The notes under the pieces were generated by a model. It saw only the letters and a list, made by a program, of their open reading frames with translations, was not told where the DNA came from and searched no databases. Position numbers and translations under genes: made by a program. Positions 22,698 to 35,738 of a stretch of DNA of 64,000 bases are shown one piece after another. Position 1 is the stretch's first letter. Every line of letters starts with the position of its first letter. The stretch comes from Macrostomum lignano (taxonomy: Eukaryota), in contig NIVC01002011.1 of NCBI GenBank assembly GCA_002269645.1, positions 149,505-213,504 of the forward strand. The letters are read 5' to 3'.

Positions 22698-24048
22698 CCA
22701 TAGACACTCGTGCGCTAACGCGCACTCGTGGTCTAGGCATCGTTACACTCTCAAGCCGTGCACTATCTCTCCATTGTTTGAAATTGACAATGGAGGAATC
22801 TAGCACGCTGACGAGTGCGTCAATGGCTGAAACACGAGTGCGCGTAGCGCACGAGGGTTTTTGCCATAGACGCACAAGTCAAAGTGCTTGATTCCCATTC
22901 TTATTTGATCCAACATGTGTGGCTAAAGTAGACAAGGGTGGAGCTGGGGGTGTGGAGGTAGACTTGAACCATAGACAAAATATGCGCGAGCTAGTCTGAA
23001 CATTCTTGCACGATTGAAAGAAGATTATGCTTGTAGTCTATGGCTGTTATGCTAAATATAGAAACATTGCGCATTACATTCTTGCACGATTGACATTCCT
23101 GCACCGAGTGCACATGCAAATTCAAGGTGCTTTTACCATAGACACTTGCATTTCTGCACGCATATGGCGACTTCCAAAGCATTCTTGCACGCTGGATCAA
23201 ATAAGAATAAAGCAATTTACCGGCATATCATTTTAGAAAACGAACGAGTCTATGAGCGTAAAATAAAATAGTCTATGGTTGCAAGTGGCGGGCTTCGCCC
23301 CCACACTCCCATTCCCTCTTCCCACTCGGATCCTGATGGAAAAATTGACCAATAAAGTTAGCTGGAAATGAGAAAACATGGTAATGGCCATAGACACTAG
23401 CAGCGATACTTCCAGACAACCCCCATTGTTTAGCAATTTGACGATCATTATTCACATTTTTAATGCAGAACAATCCATTACTACAAACAATGCATTGTCT
23501 GTAGGATCGTCAAACAGAAAAACAATGCAAAGAATCAGCGGTCGCAGTGTTTGAGCGTATGAGCTCCTACCGGCGCTCGCCAGACAATCGTTGTCACGCA
23601 CTGGGACCGCTGATTATTTATTTATCCATTGTCTGCACGCTGATTGACGCTTCAGTAGCCAGCATGCAAAAATGCAAGATTGTCTGCACGCTGGTTGATT
23701 TACCAAGATTTTTATATAAAGTGCTTTAACGTCTATGGTAAAAATCATGATTAACTGCATTCACTTGCTGGCTATACCATTCGGCAACGACGGCCAAATA
23801 GTACATTAATACCCATGCTTTGCGGGCGTTAATAAATCAGAGGGCGCCCTCTGATTTTCCCATTAACGCCCTTAAAGCATGGGTATTACTATTTTTGTGC
23901 CATAGACATTTGTGTCCTTGACAAAGTGGGACAGAATAATCGGGCGTTAAAGTGAAATACCGACCCCAAACCCATAGAATATCTTATACTTAACTGCCCG
24001 CTAATTTCGATATTTCTTTCCTGCAAGCGGGCTTAAATGTAGTCTATG
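22698..24048. mobile_element. Cluster of small units bounded by CCATAGAC / GTCTATGG
   Basis: CCATAGAC at 22698, 22864, 22969, 23136, 23388, 23900; GTCTATGG at 23036, 23271, 23731, 24041. Confidence 0.6.
23797..23893. mobile_element. ~97-bp near-perfect hairpin MITE
   Basis: aatacccatgcttt..gggcgttaat..atcagagggcgccctctgat..attaacgccc..aaagcatgggtatt, with a central 20-bp perfect palindrome. Confidence 0.75.
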
Positions 24049-24214
24049 GCATTAAAAGGCAAGAATAAGTGCCCAGCGGGCACAAAGGTCATGGTACAAT
24101 GTTTAACCTCCGATGTTTAACCCGCCGCCGACGTTTACCACGTTAAGTAGATCAATTTTAGCCTAGGTCACTTAACTTTAGCGAAGATCAAAAGTCTGAT
24201 CTAGCTAGTATTAA

Positions 24215-24560
24215 ATCTATGAAAACTCTTTCAGAAGCAGCTTATTGACCGGCAATGCTTTGAAACCGCCCTTACGAGTGTAGTTTACCGCAAGGAATGA
24301 AAAACTTGGCTGCCAACCATTCGCGTGTCTGATCCTGTAAAAATTGCGTGGGGTTTGATAAGAAATTTTTAAGGAGTACATTGGGTATGTGGGGCATGCA
24401 GATCGTGTGACTCTTCCTGGGCGGGTGTTCTCAGTCACGAGATGCTAGGAAACTATTGCTAACGCATGAAGGTCACACAGCTATAGAAGATACTCATTGA
24501 CTCAAAAACCAAGGATCAACTTTTTATGTAGGTTTAAATATTCGAGCTTGTGAAGATTAC
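24215..24560 (+). mobile_element. Non-coding interspersed repeat, homologous to 41608-41915
   Basis: Shared blocks tctat(g/t)aaaactc, gcagcttattg, ttaccgcaagg, tattgctaacgcatgaa, aaaaaccaagg, ttcgagcttgtgaaga. Confidence 0.75.
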
Positions 24561-24660
24561 AGCTGGCGAAAATTCGATTTCTAAGTTTGAAATCTATAGA
24601 ATTTGCTATAGAATTTAGCTGGCCTTTTTTTAAACGCTTATCTCCTCCTGATAGCTGCGC

Positions 24661-25071
24661 CACTTCTCATTAAGTTCGCAGGACTAGTCTCTCCCACTTC
24701 TCACCAAGTTCGCAGGACTAGTCTCTCCCACTTCTCACCAAGTTCGCAGGACTAGTCTATCCCACTTCTCACTAAGTTCGCAGGACCAGTCTATCCAACT
24801 TCTCACTAAGTTCGCAGGACCAGTCTATCCAACTTCTCACCAAGTTCGCAGGACTAGTCTATCCCACTTCTCACCAAGTTCGCAGGACCAGTCTATCCCA
24901 CTTCTCACCAAGTTCGCAGGACCAGTCTATCCCACTTCTCACCAAGTTCGCAGGACCAGTCTATCCCACTTCTCACCAAGTTCGCAGGACTAGTCTATCC
25001 CACTTCTCACCAAGTTCGCAGGACTAGTCTATCCCACTTCTCACCAAGTTCGCAGGACCAGTCCATCCCAC
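24661..25071. repeat. 34-bp minisatellite (cacttctcaccaagttcgcaggactagtctatcc), 12 copies
   Basis: Period 34, highly homogeneous, no unique spacers. Confidence 0.95.
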
Positions 25072-25559
25072 GCCGCTTCAACTTGGTGCGTCAATTTGCC
25101 GCATTATGACAGCAGTTTGATTTTATACATTTTATCATTTTTATGAGTTGAGTAGCCTCATTGACACATGAAGTAGAAGGAAACTAAATTTTATTTTGTT
25201 TCAAATGAACTAAGCAATGCACGGTACCTATGTTTTGATCTATGTTTTGCAAAAGTTGAGCCGAGAAATTTCGCCACAGGACTGCGCACTCGGCCATGGA
25301 CAATAGAGCCAATGAACTGGGCAGCTCGCAATTCTCAGCCGTACTCTCAGACAGACTGCGAACCAAGCCAAGTTGCTTAGGATCTGGGATGGTGGCCCAG
25401 CTATTGAGGATCTGAGAACCTGGTAGCCCACTTCGGGCCCAGGTTAGCTAAGTTGTGTATTGTTAATAATTATTTTGCTCTATTTTAGTCACGCGTTTTG
25501 CAATGTACTTTTTGATAGTTAGAGTTTCTTTTTAGTGTAAACAGGCCAAAACAGCTAGA

Positions 25560-26260
25560 CGCAAATTACCAGTCAAGAGTGACTCAGCGGAGGGTCGACA
25601 GTTCCAGTGTACCCCGGCTTAGCGCGGCCAGCCAATCACAATCGGCCTGGACCCCTGGCACGCGGCAAAACAAGTTTTACCCGGCCTGAGAGAGCGCCGC
25701 GATTCGGCTTAGCGAGCGGCCGGCCAGACACCCACCACCCGGCTTGAGGGGGGGGGTTGAAAGGTTTGGAAGTGACTATATAGGAAAGTGTGTTTTGGCG
25801 GTCGGATCTCATGCTCGTTTTCTCTTATGTTTGGCTCCTCTGGTTTTTCCCATTTCCCGGCCGTTCTACCTTTTGTCGCGCTTTGAGGCGCTCGATTTAA
25901 ATCGACCCCCGGTCTTTGCTTTGTTCCCCCGCCCAACCGCAATAGTCTTGCTGGCGTAACGCTCGCGATAACCTTGTCCAGAGAGCGTCGTTGGCAAGCG
26001 CGGTTAGATAGGAACTGACGGTTTTGACACAGTACGTGGCCTCGACCCCGAGGGCCTCAGTGTTGCACTGAAGGGCAGAGCTGGTAGGACTTGCCAGAGC
26101 TCCGCTGAACTGTCAATCCGTCAGGGTCCTCGCCTGAGAGTAGGCTTTGGGTTTAGGCCGGTGGTTAGGGATCTTTCTCCGTGGTCCTGTGTTCGGTTCT
26201 CTTTCTTCCGTCTTCTTCCAGAGCTGAGATCCGCTCACCAAGTTTGCGTCAATCATATTT
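25560..26260 (+). mobile_element. GC-rich LTR-like non-coding segment
   Basis: CCAAT-like and ctatatagg motifs plus a pyrimidine-rich tract as in retroelement LTRs; termini not defined. Confidence 0.25.
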
Positions 26261-26609
26261 TGTATTATTATCATTCGAGTTTAACTGCGTTGCGAATTAC
26301 GTTATTAAGAATTGTGTAACTATAACTTGAATTAACTAAATTAAAGCGTCAAGTCTCGTTATCAGTCATTATCAATTAGGATTATCACTCTCTAAATCTG
26401 CCTGGAACCGCTTTCAATCGCGTTCGTTATTTACTTGTACCGTACCTGCGACTATTGCAGAAAGTCTGGTAGGACTCGCCGACCGGCGATAGGCAAATAG
26501 GACTACATGCTCCAACATAGGTTTGTCTAGGGCCTAATCTATTTGCCGTATCGCATTTATTTCATCACACAGACCAATTTGTCTTTTTGCTGAATCAGGC
26601 CCGGGCACA

Positions 26610-27167
26610 CCCTAAAAGCCCAGAAGTAAAGTATACCACAGAGTTCTGCTAGTTTCTGTTTAAACCTTTTTTACCCACAAATGGATTCTAAAAGTGAAGC
26701 TTAAAGAAAAGGAAGTGAAGAAAAGAAAAGCTAAAAAAGGACGCCCTGCACAGAACAGACTACATGGAACTCGATTCCCGATTCGGAAGACGCATTATCA
26801 ATGGACGACTCGAAGCAGATTAAGTCAGAAACGGAGTCGGAAAGCATGGATTCAGAATCTGATGAGAGCCAAGATGAGGCGACTAATGGGTTGAAGTAGC
26901 CCCTGGAAATGACAACTTGTTTGACTTACATGTAGACGGGGTGCCGAAACTCCCAGGGTTTTCGACAATCAATCCAAACATCGATCTACCAGAGAATGCA
27001 GACGAGGGTATAACAGACTTTTTTCACTTTCCTGAACTGAAGAGTTTCTCAACAGTCTTATCACATGGAAATACATGATGGTCTTTTTCATACTGGGCAC
27101 TTGCTTTAGTGAATGGGGAGATGGTTTTTGATGCCATAGGAATTTTTTAATCTCTGGGCTTTTGGGC
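26610..27167 (+). mobile_element. piggyBac-like transposase N-terminal remnant with imperfect inverted repeats
   Basis: Acidic tract (SESMDSESDESQDE), then WVEVAPG...PKLPGFSTINPNIDLPENADEGITDFFHF. IRs ccctaaaagcccagaag (26610) and ctctgggcttttggg (~27153); no clear TTAA ends. Confidence 0.45.
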
Positions 27168-27190
27168 CGTTTTGGTATGGCATGCGGTGC

Positions 27191-28082
27191 ATTTTCCGTT
27201 CAATTTAAACAAAACTCGCATTCTATTTCGGCAAGCTGATATTCGATTTCATTATTCGACATTTAGCGACTTCAACCGTCATTCGAATTCGGCAAGGACC
27301 CATTCAATTTCGGCAAGCAACATTTAATTTTGGCAATTAGATATTCTATTTCAGACCATAGAAAGATATTCTAGTTCATTCTGTCTATGGACAAAACTTT
27401 CTCCTGATTTCCCATTCAATTTCGGCATGCAGCAGTCAAGTTCAGCACAACACTTTGGCGCGCTGTTTTAGTGTACTGTATAATCTTCAACAGCCTCCCT
27501 CTCAAACTAAACAACAATACTGTACCTGTCTATGGCCCTCTCTATAGCATCCCTCTTTAAACTGAGTGCTCTCCTTGAAGTTCGTTTCCAGAAGACAGAA
27601 GCTTCATGTACGGGAGCATGCACTGATTTCATTTTTGAAGATATATAGCGAATAAGAAGAAGAATGAGCGACGAGAAGTTCGAAGAAACAGAAGAAGAAG
27701 ATATCGGTGACGAAGATGATGAGATTGAGCCCCGAGGGCCATACGGACGAATGCCTGATGGAGACAGAGCCCACCTTGACGCACACGAGAACAGGCAGGA
27801 TTATGTCCATCTGGCGCAACTCAAGAAGCCGCCTCTGCATCTGCCCTCGTACCTTCGGCTTCATGTTTAAATTGAATGCTGCATACCGAAATTTAATGGG
27901 AAACCTGCATGCAGGAGCAAATTTTGTCCATAGACAGAATGAACACCGTCACTATGGTATGAAATAGAATGTCCATCAAAATTGGAATGACGGTTGATCG
28001 AAGTAGCTAAATATAGAATGATGAAATTGAATGTCATTTTGCCGAAATATAATTCGAGATTTGTTGAAATTGAACGGAAAAG
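27191..28082. mobile_element. ~890-bp non-autonomous DNA transposon with ~100-bp imperfect TIRs
   Basis: Left ttttccgttcaattt...ctatttcggcaa...ttcaaccgtcattcgaatt mirrors right aattggaatgacggttga...ttgccgaaata...aaattgaacggaaaa; internal acidic ORF remnant 27664-27870. Confidence 0.75.
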
Positions 28083-28717
28083 GTGTGGTGACATTTAAAT
28101 TAAGTATTCTGGTCTCAGAGCTTCATTTTTAAACTTGCGTGCTGATTTTTAATTGAACGTACAATCCGCTGGATTGATTGACTTATTAAATCACTTTTAT
28201 ACTGTTAAGTACAGTTTAAAAGTAAATACGGTTCCCAGAAAAAAACAGTTAACATATTAAATATTGCTCACAGGATGAAACAGAGTTCACAGAAAGTATC
28301 ATTTACAAATTTAACACACAAAGTTCACGGAAAAAGCACTGTCGTATCGGTTGACAAAACAATTAGCAAGTGAAAAAAGTTTACTTAAATTAATGATATT
28401 TTTCTTCATTTTAATACCTAAGAAGTCAAATTAATTTTATGCCTGGCGAATATTTTTAACCAAAAGTAAGTTTATTTATAAGATATAAAACTTCACTTGT
28501 ATAATTTTTATTCTCGAATTACTCGGATACATAAATGAATTAAATTTTTGTCCCAGGATCTCTAAAAAACAAAGCAGCACGGCAACAAAAAATGTTTGTG
28601 CACCAAGTTCCTTTCTCATGCATATGCCTCTGATTTATTGCATAGAAACGAGCATTGCATTTTAATTAAAAGCCAGCATGCCAAGTTTCCTACAAATAGC
28701 ACAGCGGCCCGTGCAGC

Positions 28718-31700
28718 TCAGTCGGACGGCCGGACCTCCCATGGGGCGCTTCCGTCAGTGTTGCTCACCTGGCGTCAATTGATGAGGGTAAAGGCATGAG
28801 TAAAAATGATGCGAAGGATTGCAAAAACTATTATTCTCACATTGCCAACGATGAATAAAAAAGGATTGTGATGGATGGGGTCACTTCAAATTGTCAAAAA
28901 CAATCGCTAAAGTTACTTTCAAAAGATCGGTTTCAACAAAATTTCGAGCTTCAAGTCACTGCTCTTGAAACTCGACGTCTGGACAATTTTTTAGCATCTA
29001 TAATATTGACAGGCTGCTCCGGCCCAACCATGCTTTACCCTGAATAAATCGTCTTTTGGCCATGGACAAATCGTTTTGGTTTAAATGAGCCCTCAACGGG
29101 TTTCCCCAGGCACTCACCTCAGCCACCAGCCCACCTCCGCAGGCCAGGCGGATTCGCTCCGAGGTCGCCGGCGAGTCCAGCTGGAAGCTGAGCTGGCCCT
29201 GATGACCGTTCGGAAGCTCGACCTGGCTGTCCAGCCTGGCCGCCAGCACCGCCTGCCTGATGGCCGTCAGCACCGAGGCTGCCAGGTTCAGCGGCGGCTC
29301 GCCGACCGCCTTGGACGAGTGAACGGCTTTGGGGTGCTCGCAGCGGCTGCCTCTCAGCAGGCGGATGTTCAGCTTCTCCGGGATGTCGGAGAAGCCAGGA
29401 ATTTTGTAAGCGCCGGGCCCGCGGGTCAGGAGGCGGCCATCGGGCGAGTAGCGAAGGTCTTCGATGGTGTACAAGCCGCAGCCCTGCGTGAAGGCGCCTT
29501 CCACCTGGCCGATGTCGACAGCCGGGTTGAGGCTGGCGCCGAGATCCATAACGATGTCGCAGCGTCGGATCACGTGATCGCCGGTCAGGGCGTCGATTTC
29601 CACCTCAGAGCAGGCGGCTCCGTAGGTGAAGTAGAGGGCAGAGTCGCCCCGGCCGCTGCGCCTGTCCGCGTCCTCCTTGGGCGGATTGAAGCAGAAGCCG
29701 CAGGCCGAGAGGCTGACGCCGGCCAGGTAGGCGGCGCCAACCCAGTCCTCCCAGGCGGCGGTCGGGTTCGCCTCGACGAATGGCGCCAAGCGTCGGCGCA
29801 ACTGCAGGCAGGCGTCGAGAACAGCCGGAGCGTTGATGTCGGTTGTTATGGAAGCGGCCGATGCCGTTGTGTTTGGGACCTGGAGAGGTGTTGAAATCTA
29901 TTGCAATGCACTGAATAGCCTGTCTCAGAAGCCCTGTTACATTGTGGTGCCTACGCACTTATTGTTGATTTGGGGTGCCTGCGCACTTGTGCTGGCGCTG
30001 GATAACCTTCAGCTCTAGTCCGTGCTGGCTGGTCGCCAGTCGATTGGCTGGTCCGGGGGCTCCCTCGCTCTCTCTCTGTTTCTCTCAGTTTCTCTCCCTC
30101 TGTTTGGGACCCGGCTTTCCTTCCCCCCAGCTTTTCTGCAGTTGATTGGCCAGTCCTCCCTGCCCTTTTTCTCTCTTTCCACCTTCTCAGTGACCCTTCC
30201 TCTTGGTCCAGCCGATCAGCTCTGCCTTGCGCGGCGCGCTGATTGGCTGGGCTTGGCAGTCAGTCGTCTGCTGTCTCGCCCCAACCTTTTTTGGTATTTA
30301 TATTGCCGTCTGTTCTCCTCCTCCCCCTTCGCTACCTTGGGCTCCTGTGGCGATTTGCCCTGCTCTGTGCCGTTTGACGGTCTTTTACTACCAATAAACA
30401 ATTTAACCCAGTAACGGCCAGCCATAAGTAATACGACCAGTAAGCTCTATCTCCTGTGTTTTGTCCTGTGTATGAGATTGCCAGATCCGCCACAAGTTCT
30501 CATATGTATTAAGTATATATGTTGGAATGTGCTCAGGCTTGAAACATTTGAGCTGGAGCTCGCCAAGATCATAAAAATTGTTCTAATAACTAGTAGGTCT
30601 ATTGCGCGTCCCAACGCTTCTGTACCCAGGCTGTACGAGCTACTGGGCTAGGAACCCAAATCGACCACCGTTACTACGCAGTCGTTTGCTATGCTCAAAC
30701 CTGCGCTGTGCTGTCTCTGCTATGCTTAGCTCATAAGCTGCCTTTATACTTTTAGCTATGCTTAGGTTCCATATGGAAGAACTTCAAGCAATGTCCCTTT
30801 GTCTCAAAAGAATCAAACCTTATCCGTGGAAGTCTCTGCAATGTACAGCCGCCCGATGGGCAGTTGAAGAGCCCTGGCGGCTACCTGGAGCAGCTTGGTG
30901 TGCACTCCCTGGCCCATTTCCACTCCGCCGTGACAAATCAGCACGGAGCCGTCAAGATAGATGTTGACGGTGGCTCCACTCTGCAGGGGGAATTTTTTGC
31001 CCATGCCGATGCCGTAAGCGATGGGGCAGAGAGACAGGCCACGTTTTTTGTGCCGGCTGGCGCGGTTAAAGACCTCAAGCTCTCGCAGGCGGCCATGATA
31101 GTCGGAGGCGGCCAGGCACTCCTGCCAGCAGCGCCACAGGTTGTCGCTCTTCACCGGAGCTCCGTTCGGCGTGATCTCGCCGGAGCGGAACAGGTTCAGC
31201 TCGCGAATCTGGCACTGCGAGAGGCCCATGGATTCGGCCAGGTGTGACACCGCCGTCTCCATGATGGCGCAGGCCTGCGGAGTGCCAAACGCCCGGAAGG
31301 CCGTGTTGGAGGCGAGGTTGGTGCGGCACAGCCGGATCTCAATGCTCAGGCTGGCTAGCCGGTAGGTCTCCATGCATGCGCGTAGCATCCGGCCGGCCAC
31401 GTTCTCGGACATGTCCAGCGTACAGCCGGCGTTCAGCAAGATGAGCAGGCGCAGCCCGATCAGCCGGCCATCTCTGTCCGCTGCCAGCTTGTAACGCGCC
31501 TTGACCGGGTGACGGCCTCCGGACACCGCCATGTCGTCCCAGCGGTCCAGTACGGCCCGCACTGGCCGGCCGAACTTCAGCGCGGCCACCGCAGCCGGAG
31601 TGGCGAGCTGGCTCGGCCGCGTCTCTTTGCCGCCGAAGCCGCCGCCGATCCGCTTGACCTTCACCACGATGCGATTCCTGGCCAGCCCCGTCACCTTGGA

Positions 31701-34700
31701 CAGGTCGCTCTGCATGCCGCTCGGGTTCTGACTGGTGGCGTAAACTAGCAGCTCCGAGCCGCTGTCCTTTGGCTCCACCAGGACGGAGAAGGGCTCGAAG
31801 TAGAAGTGCTCCTGGCCTCCGACATTCATCTCGCCCTCAACGCAGTGCTCAGCCGTGGCGAACGCCTCGTCAACATCGCCAACAGTCAGCTGCTTCCAGT
31901 GTTCCTCCGGAAAGAAGCTGTCGGAGGCGGCCGCATCTGAGATGGTGACCACAGGCGAGCCCGCCGCAGGCCCGTACTGCACGCGCACCAAGCGGGCAGC
32001 TCGACGCGCCGTGTCGCGGTCCGCGGCCAGCACACCCGCCAGGAACTGGCCAGTAAACATCACGTCGGAGCTTGCGAAGACCGGCTCGTCATCGAATGCG
32101 TAGCCGTACAAGTTGCTGCCCGGAACGTCTCGGCTGTCCACGAAACCGGCCACGCCGTCCATCGCCAGGGCGTCCGTGAAGTCGATGCCGACCACCGTCG
32201 CTCTGGCCCGGTCGCTCATCACCGGCGCCAGGAACAGCTCGCCGGCGGCCGCTTGCGCGTCGTCAGTGTACATGGCTTCTCCCGTCACCTGGGCGATAGC
32301 GCTAGCGTGGGAAACTGGCCGCCCCACGAGGTCCTCGATCGGTTGGTCTGCCGGGACGGACTCAAACACCTGCGTGGCCGACAGTGGTCGTCGGTCGAGT
32401 TCGTCTACAGCGGACTCGTCGAACGGAAGTCCGACGTCGCGGCAGACGCGCTGGTAGAAGCGGAACAGCATCGAGGCGGCTAGCGTAGACCGGTAGGCGG
32501 CCTGTCCTCCCGGAGCGCCCCAGGCGACCGCAGCCTCTGTCTTCAGCTGGCGCAGGCCCGCCTCCAACGCGTCGCCGTCCTCCCAGCGGCGCCCGACCAT
32601 GGCGGCGGCGGCCTGTCCAGCCGACAGCACAGTTGGCGCCAGACCGCCGAAGCAGAGACGAGCGGCGGCTACTTGATCTCCGCCGGGCCCCAGGTCGACC
32701 CAAATTGCTGCGTTCACGATGGCGATGTCGTCCTCTTTTCGCCGAGCCTGCTTGACGGCGTAGCAGTGCTGCCGCTCGGAGCAGAAGGGTATCGACACAC
32801 TGCGAAGGACCTCGTCAGGCCTGGCCGCCGTGCGTCTGTAGCCGACGAAGAAGCTTTGGTCCGCTGCCACGTTGCGCTCTCCACCTGCGGGCAAAGCAAG
32901 GGTCCTTATGGGTTGTCATGGGGCTCTGCGGTTTATGAACATGATTTGGTTTAATGAAACGGTGCATGTTGTCGTAGAGATGGCTCAGACAACAGCTCAG
33001 ACTCACGCAGCGACGCCAGCGTCAAGGTGGCTCCTAGAGCTCCGAGAAGAGGAATCAGGTCCGAGATCGGGCTGGCTGTCATCACATTGCCACCGATTGC
33101 CTGCAGAAAAAGCAAAAGTCGGTCAGTTTCCAGATGAAGGCGAATCAGGCCGACAGTCGACTCACAGAGAGCAAAGAGTCAAGCAGTCTTGCCCGTTTCG
33201 TTGACCCCTAAGCTTTTCCATTTACTTTAGTACATTCCCTGCTGCCCTCATGGGCGAGAACTGCACAAGCATCACAGCCTAATTCATGTTGGGCTCGAGC
33301 CCCAAATTACATGTGGCTGCGCACAGAATCGAGTCTAACTACTTTGAACGCGTCAAACGCGTTAATCACTGAGCTACCCTGCTAACTCGCAGTTTGAGCT
33401 GGTTCCCCAGCCCATCTCAATTACCGCAACGTTGCGGATCTGCGGCCCGGCAAACTGGTCCAGCATGTCCAGCAGGGCCCGGCAGCCGCGCTTCTGATGC
33501 TCCAAGGACAGCCCGCCGGCCTTGGCGTCCGAGCACAGGCGCCGGCACAGCTGCGCCAGGCGTGTTAGGCTTACGCTGGCGCCAATCACAAGACCAGCGA
33601 GTGTCGCCTCGATTGACGTCAGCTCAGGCACGCCGGAAGTGCAAATTAGATGCGGATAAATGGCGCCCTTCTGCTTGGCCTCGATGCCTGGGCATGGTTC
33701 ATTCGGTGAGGTGCATTGCATTTATCTAAGATACTGAAATTCATTCTACAGACATGATATTGCTACTACTGACAAGAAAGCCACAGATTTTGATACTGTT
33801 GACACGATACCCACTGATATTATCGGTACTAATTACAATATTCCAACTACCAATAATCCTACTGGCAAGAATTCATGATCTGTGAACCACAACTCACCAA
33901 TCTCGCTATTTCCCACAACTAGCTTAGCCTCGGGATGCTCAGATTTGAGCTGCAGAAGCCGCTCCAGGCTGACTGGCCGATGCCACGTGACCCGATCTGA
34001 GGTGAAGCGTAGCTCACTTGCGTCGTACCGGTCCGTCAGCTAGATGAATTAAATTGGCGATTTGGTTAAACTAAATTCCAGAACAAATGCACAGCTTTCA
34101 ATCCCGGTTCGAAATCGAACAACCTGCAGCTCGCTGGGGAACAGCGGCTCCTGGCTGGGATCGTAAGGCAGCAGGTCGGCCGTGTCAAACAGTTCCGTTG
34201 CCACCCCGGAGCCTTTTGCATCCATGCAGCATCCGGAGGAGCCTCGGCCGCCGCCGCAGCAACCGCTGCTGCTGTCGCCGCCGCCACCGCAACACAGAGA
34301 CCTCAGGCCGTCCAGTATGGGCCGATAGCCGGTACAGCGGCATAGGTTGCCCTGAAGACTGGCCGTCAGCTCGGCGTCTGTAGGATGTGGCCGCTCTCGC
34401 AGCAGGCTGTAGGCGGACATCAGGACGCCGGGCGTGCAAAAGCCGCACTGGGAGCCGTGCGCCCTGGCCAGGCGCTCCTGCACAGCGTGCAGCGCCCCGC
34501 TTCGCCCGATGCCTTCGATAGTGGTGACGGAGGTGCCGTGCACCGAGCAGAGGGGCGCCAGACAGGCGTTGACGGCGAGGTGCAGCGGCGAGTCGGCCCG
34601 CCGGTCCCATCGAGAGATCATCACGGTGCAGGCGCCGCAGCCGCCCTCTCCACAGGCGAGCTTTGTGCCGGTGAGATGCACTGGGGGCGGAGCGTGGGCG

Positions 34701-35738
34701 GGTCTACTTATAGTGTACGGAGACGGATGGGTGTAGAGCTGTGAGATTAGAATGGCAATGTACATTGCGGACGGGTGGATGTATAGAGCTGTGAGGGGGA
34801 ATGGAGGCAATGTGCACTGAAAAGCGATTTGGTGTAAAGGGGTTTAGCCTGTGTTGGGACATATTAGAGTATTGGTCGAATTATCTACAGTTCAATTGAA
34901 AGGGCCCGTGTACTTTTATGCATAACAAGCAAAAATAGCAAGTGTTATTACATTTTCGCCTCAGATACGAGATTAGTGTCTCTTCCGGGTCCGGTGTGGG
35001 TTCAACGATCTGGAAATTATATAATTAGAATATTTTAGTGCTAGCTTGTACTACTTTTCAAAAACATACAGTAGTATTATGACGCTATCACAATGCCTGG
35101 TTTCTTTTTTTGAGTCTTCACAGTGACTAAATTATCTAAGTAATTGATAACAGTACATAAAATCGTTTCTAGGGTTACTGTAGGTTGAATTCTCAAATTA
35201 TAGTGCACTGAAAACGAAGAAAAACGTAAAAGAACATTTTGAGCAAGATGCGCTTGTTCGATAAATTCATGAGCTCTGGTTGCAAGCCTACAGTACGCAA
35301 GTGAGCTATATAATGGGTTAGGGGTTAACAGTTGAGTGAGAGATAACGCGAGATAGAGGCGCTTCAAAGAGCGAGCGATAACAACAGGTGGGGGGCTGCG
35401 AGTAGCTGTCGCAGACCCTAAAACTAAGAGTACAAGACAGTGGCAGCTCCTATCCTGACACTCAGTTAGGCACACCTGACTATCAATTAGGCGCCCTTGG
35501 CACTCAATTAGGCACCCCTGACGCTCAGTTAGATGCCACCTAACACTTAATTAGGCGCCCTTGACCCTCAATTAGGCGCGTCGTGACAAATCAATTAGGC
35601 GCCCCTAGCACTCAATTAGGCGGCCCTGGCACTAAAGCTGTCACTATCACTAACTATTAGTATTGGCCATCCAGCAGAAAGTTTTCAATCCAAGCTTACC
35701 TTCATCTGATTAACGTAGAATACGAGTTTGGTCTCCAT
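28718..35738 (-). CDS. xdh: Xanthine dehydrogenase/oxidase-like molybdo-flavoenzyme, paralog B (9 exons, 1343 aa)
   Basis: Exons 35738-35700, 35009-34952, 34680-34124, 34039-33898, 33687-33425, 33100-33007, 32884-30819, 29879-29118, 28768-28718 (APWEVRPSD*). Same intron positions and phases as paralog A, total 4032 nt, no stops or frameshifts seen. Confidence 0.95.
29935..30416 (+). mobile_element. Solo LTR (~480 bp) in XDH-B intron 7, antisense to the gene
   Basis: Begins TGTTAC and ends GTAACG (GTAACA in paralog A); AATAAA near the 3' end; flanks gccc / gcca approximate a 4-bp TSD. Confidence 0.65.
35455..35635. repeat. ~21-bp minisatellite in XDH-B intron 1
   Basis: caattaggcgccc units, orthologous to 21700-21935. 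Confidence 0.85.

Noticed and set aside
24661-25071. CRISPR-like 34-bp repeats (also the 38-, 33- and 30-bp arrays)
   Set aside because: Units are contiguous with no unique spacers, there are no cas genes, and the context is eukaryotic.
12934-35738. Bacterial origin (HGT) of the GC-rich XDH genes
   Set aside because: Single-chain eukaryotic architecture, eight spliceosomal introns, and codon style shared with the dynein gene.
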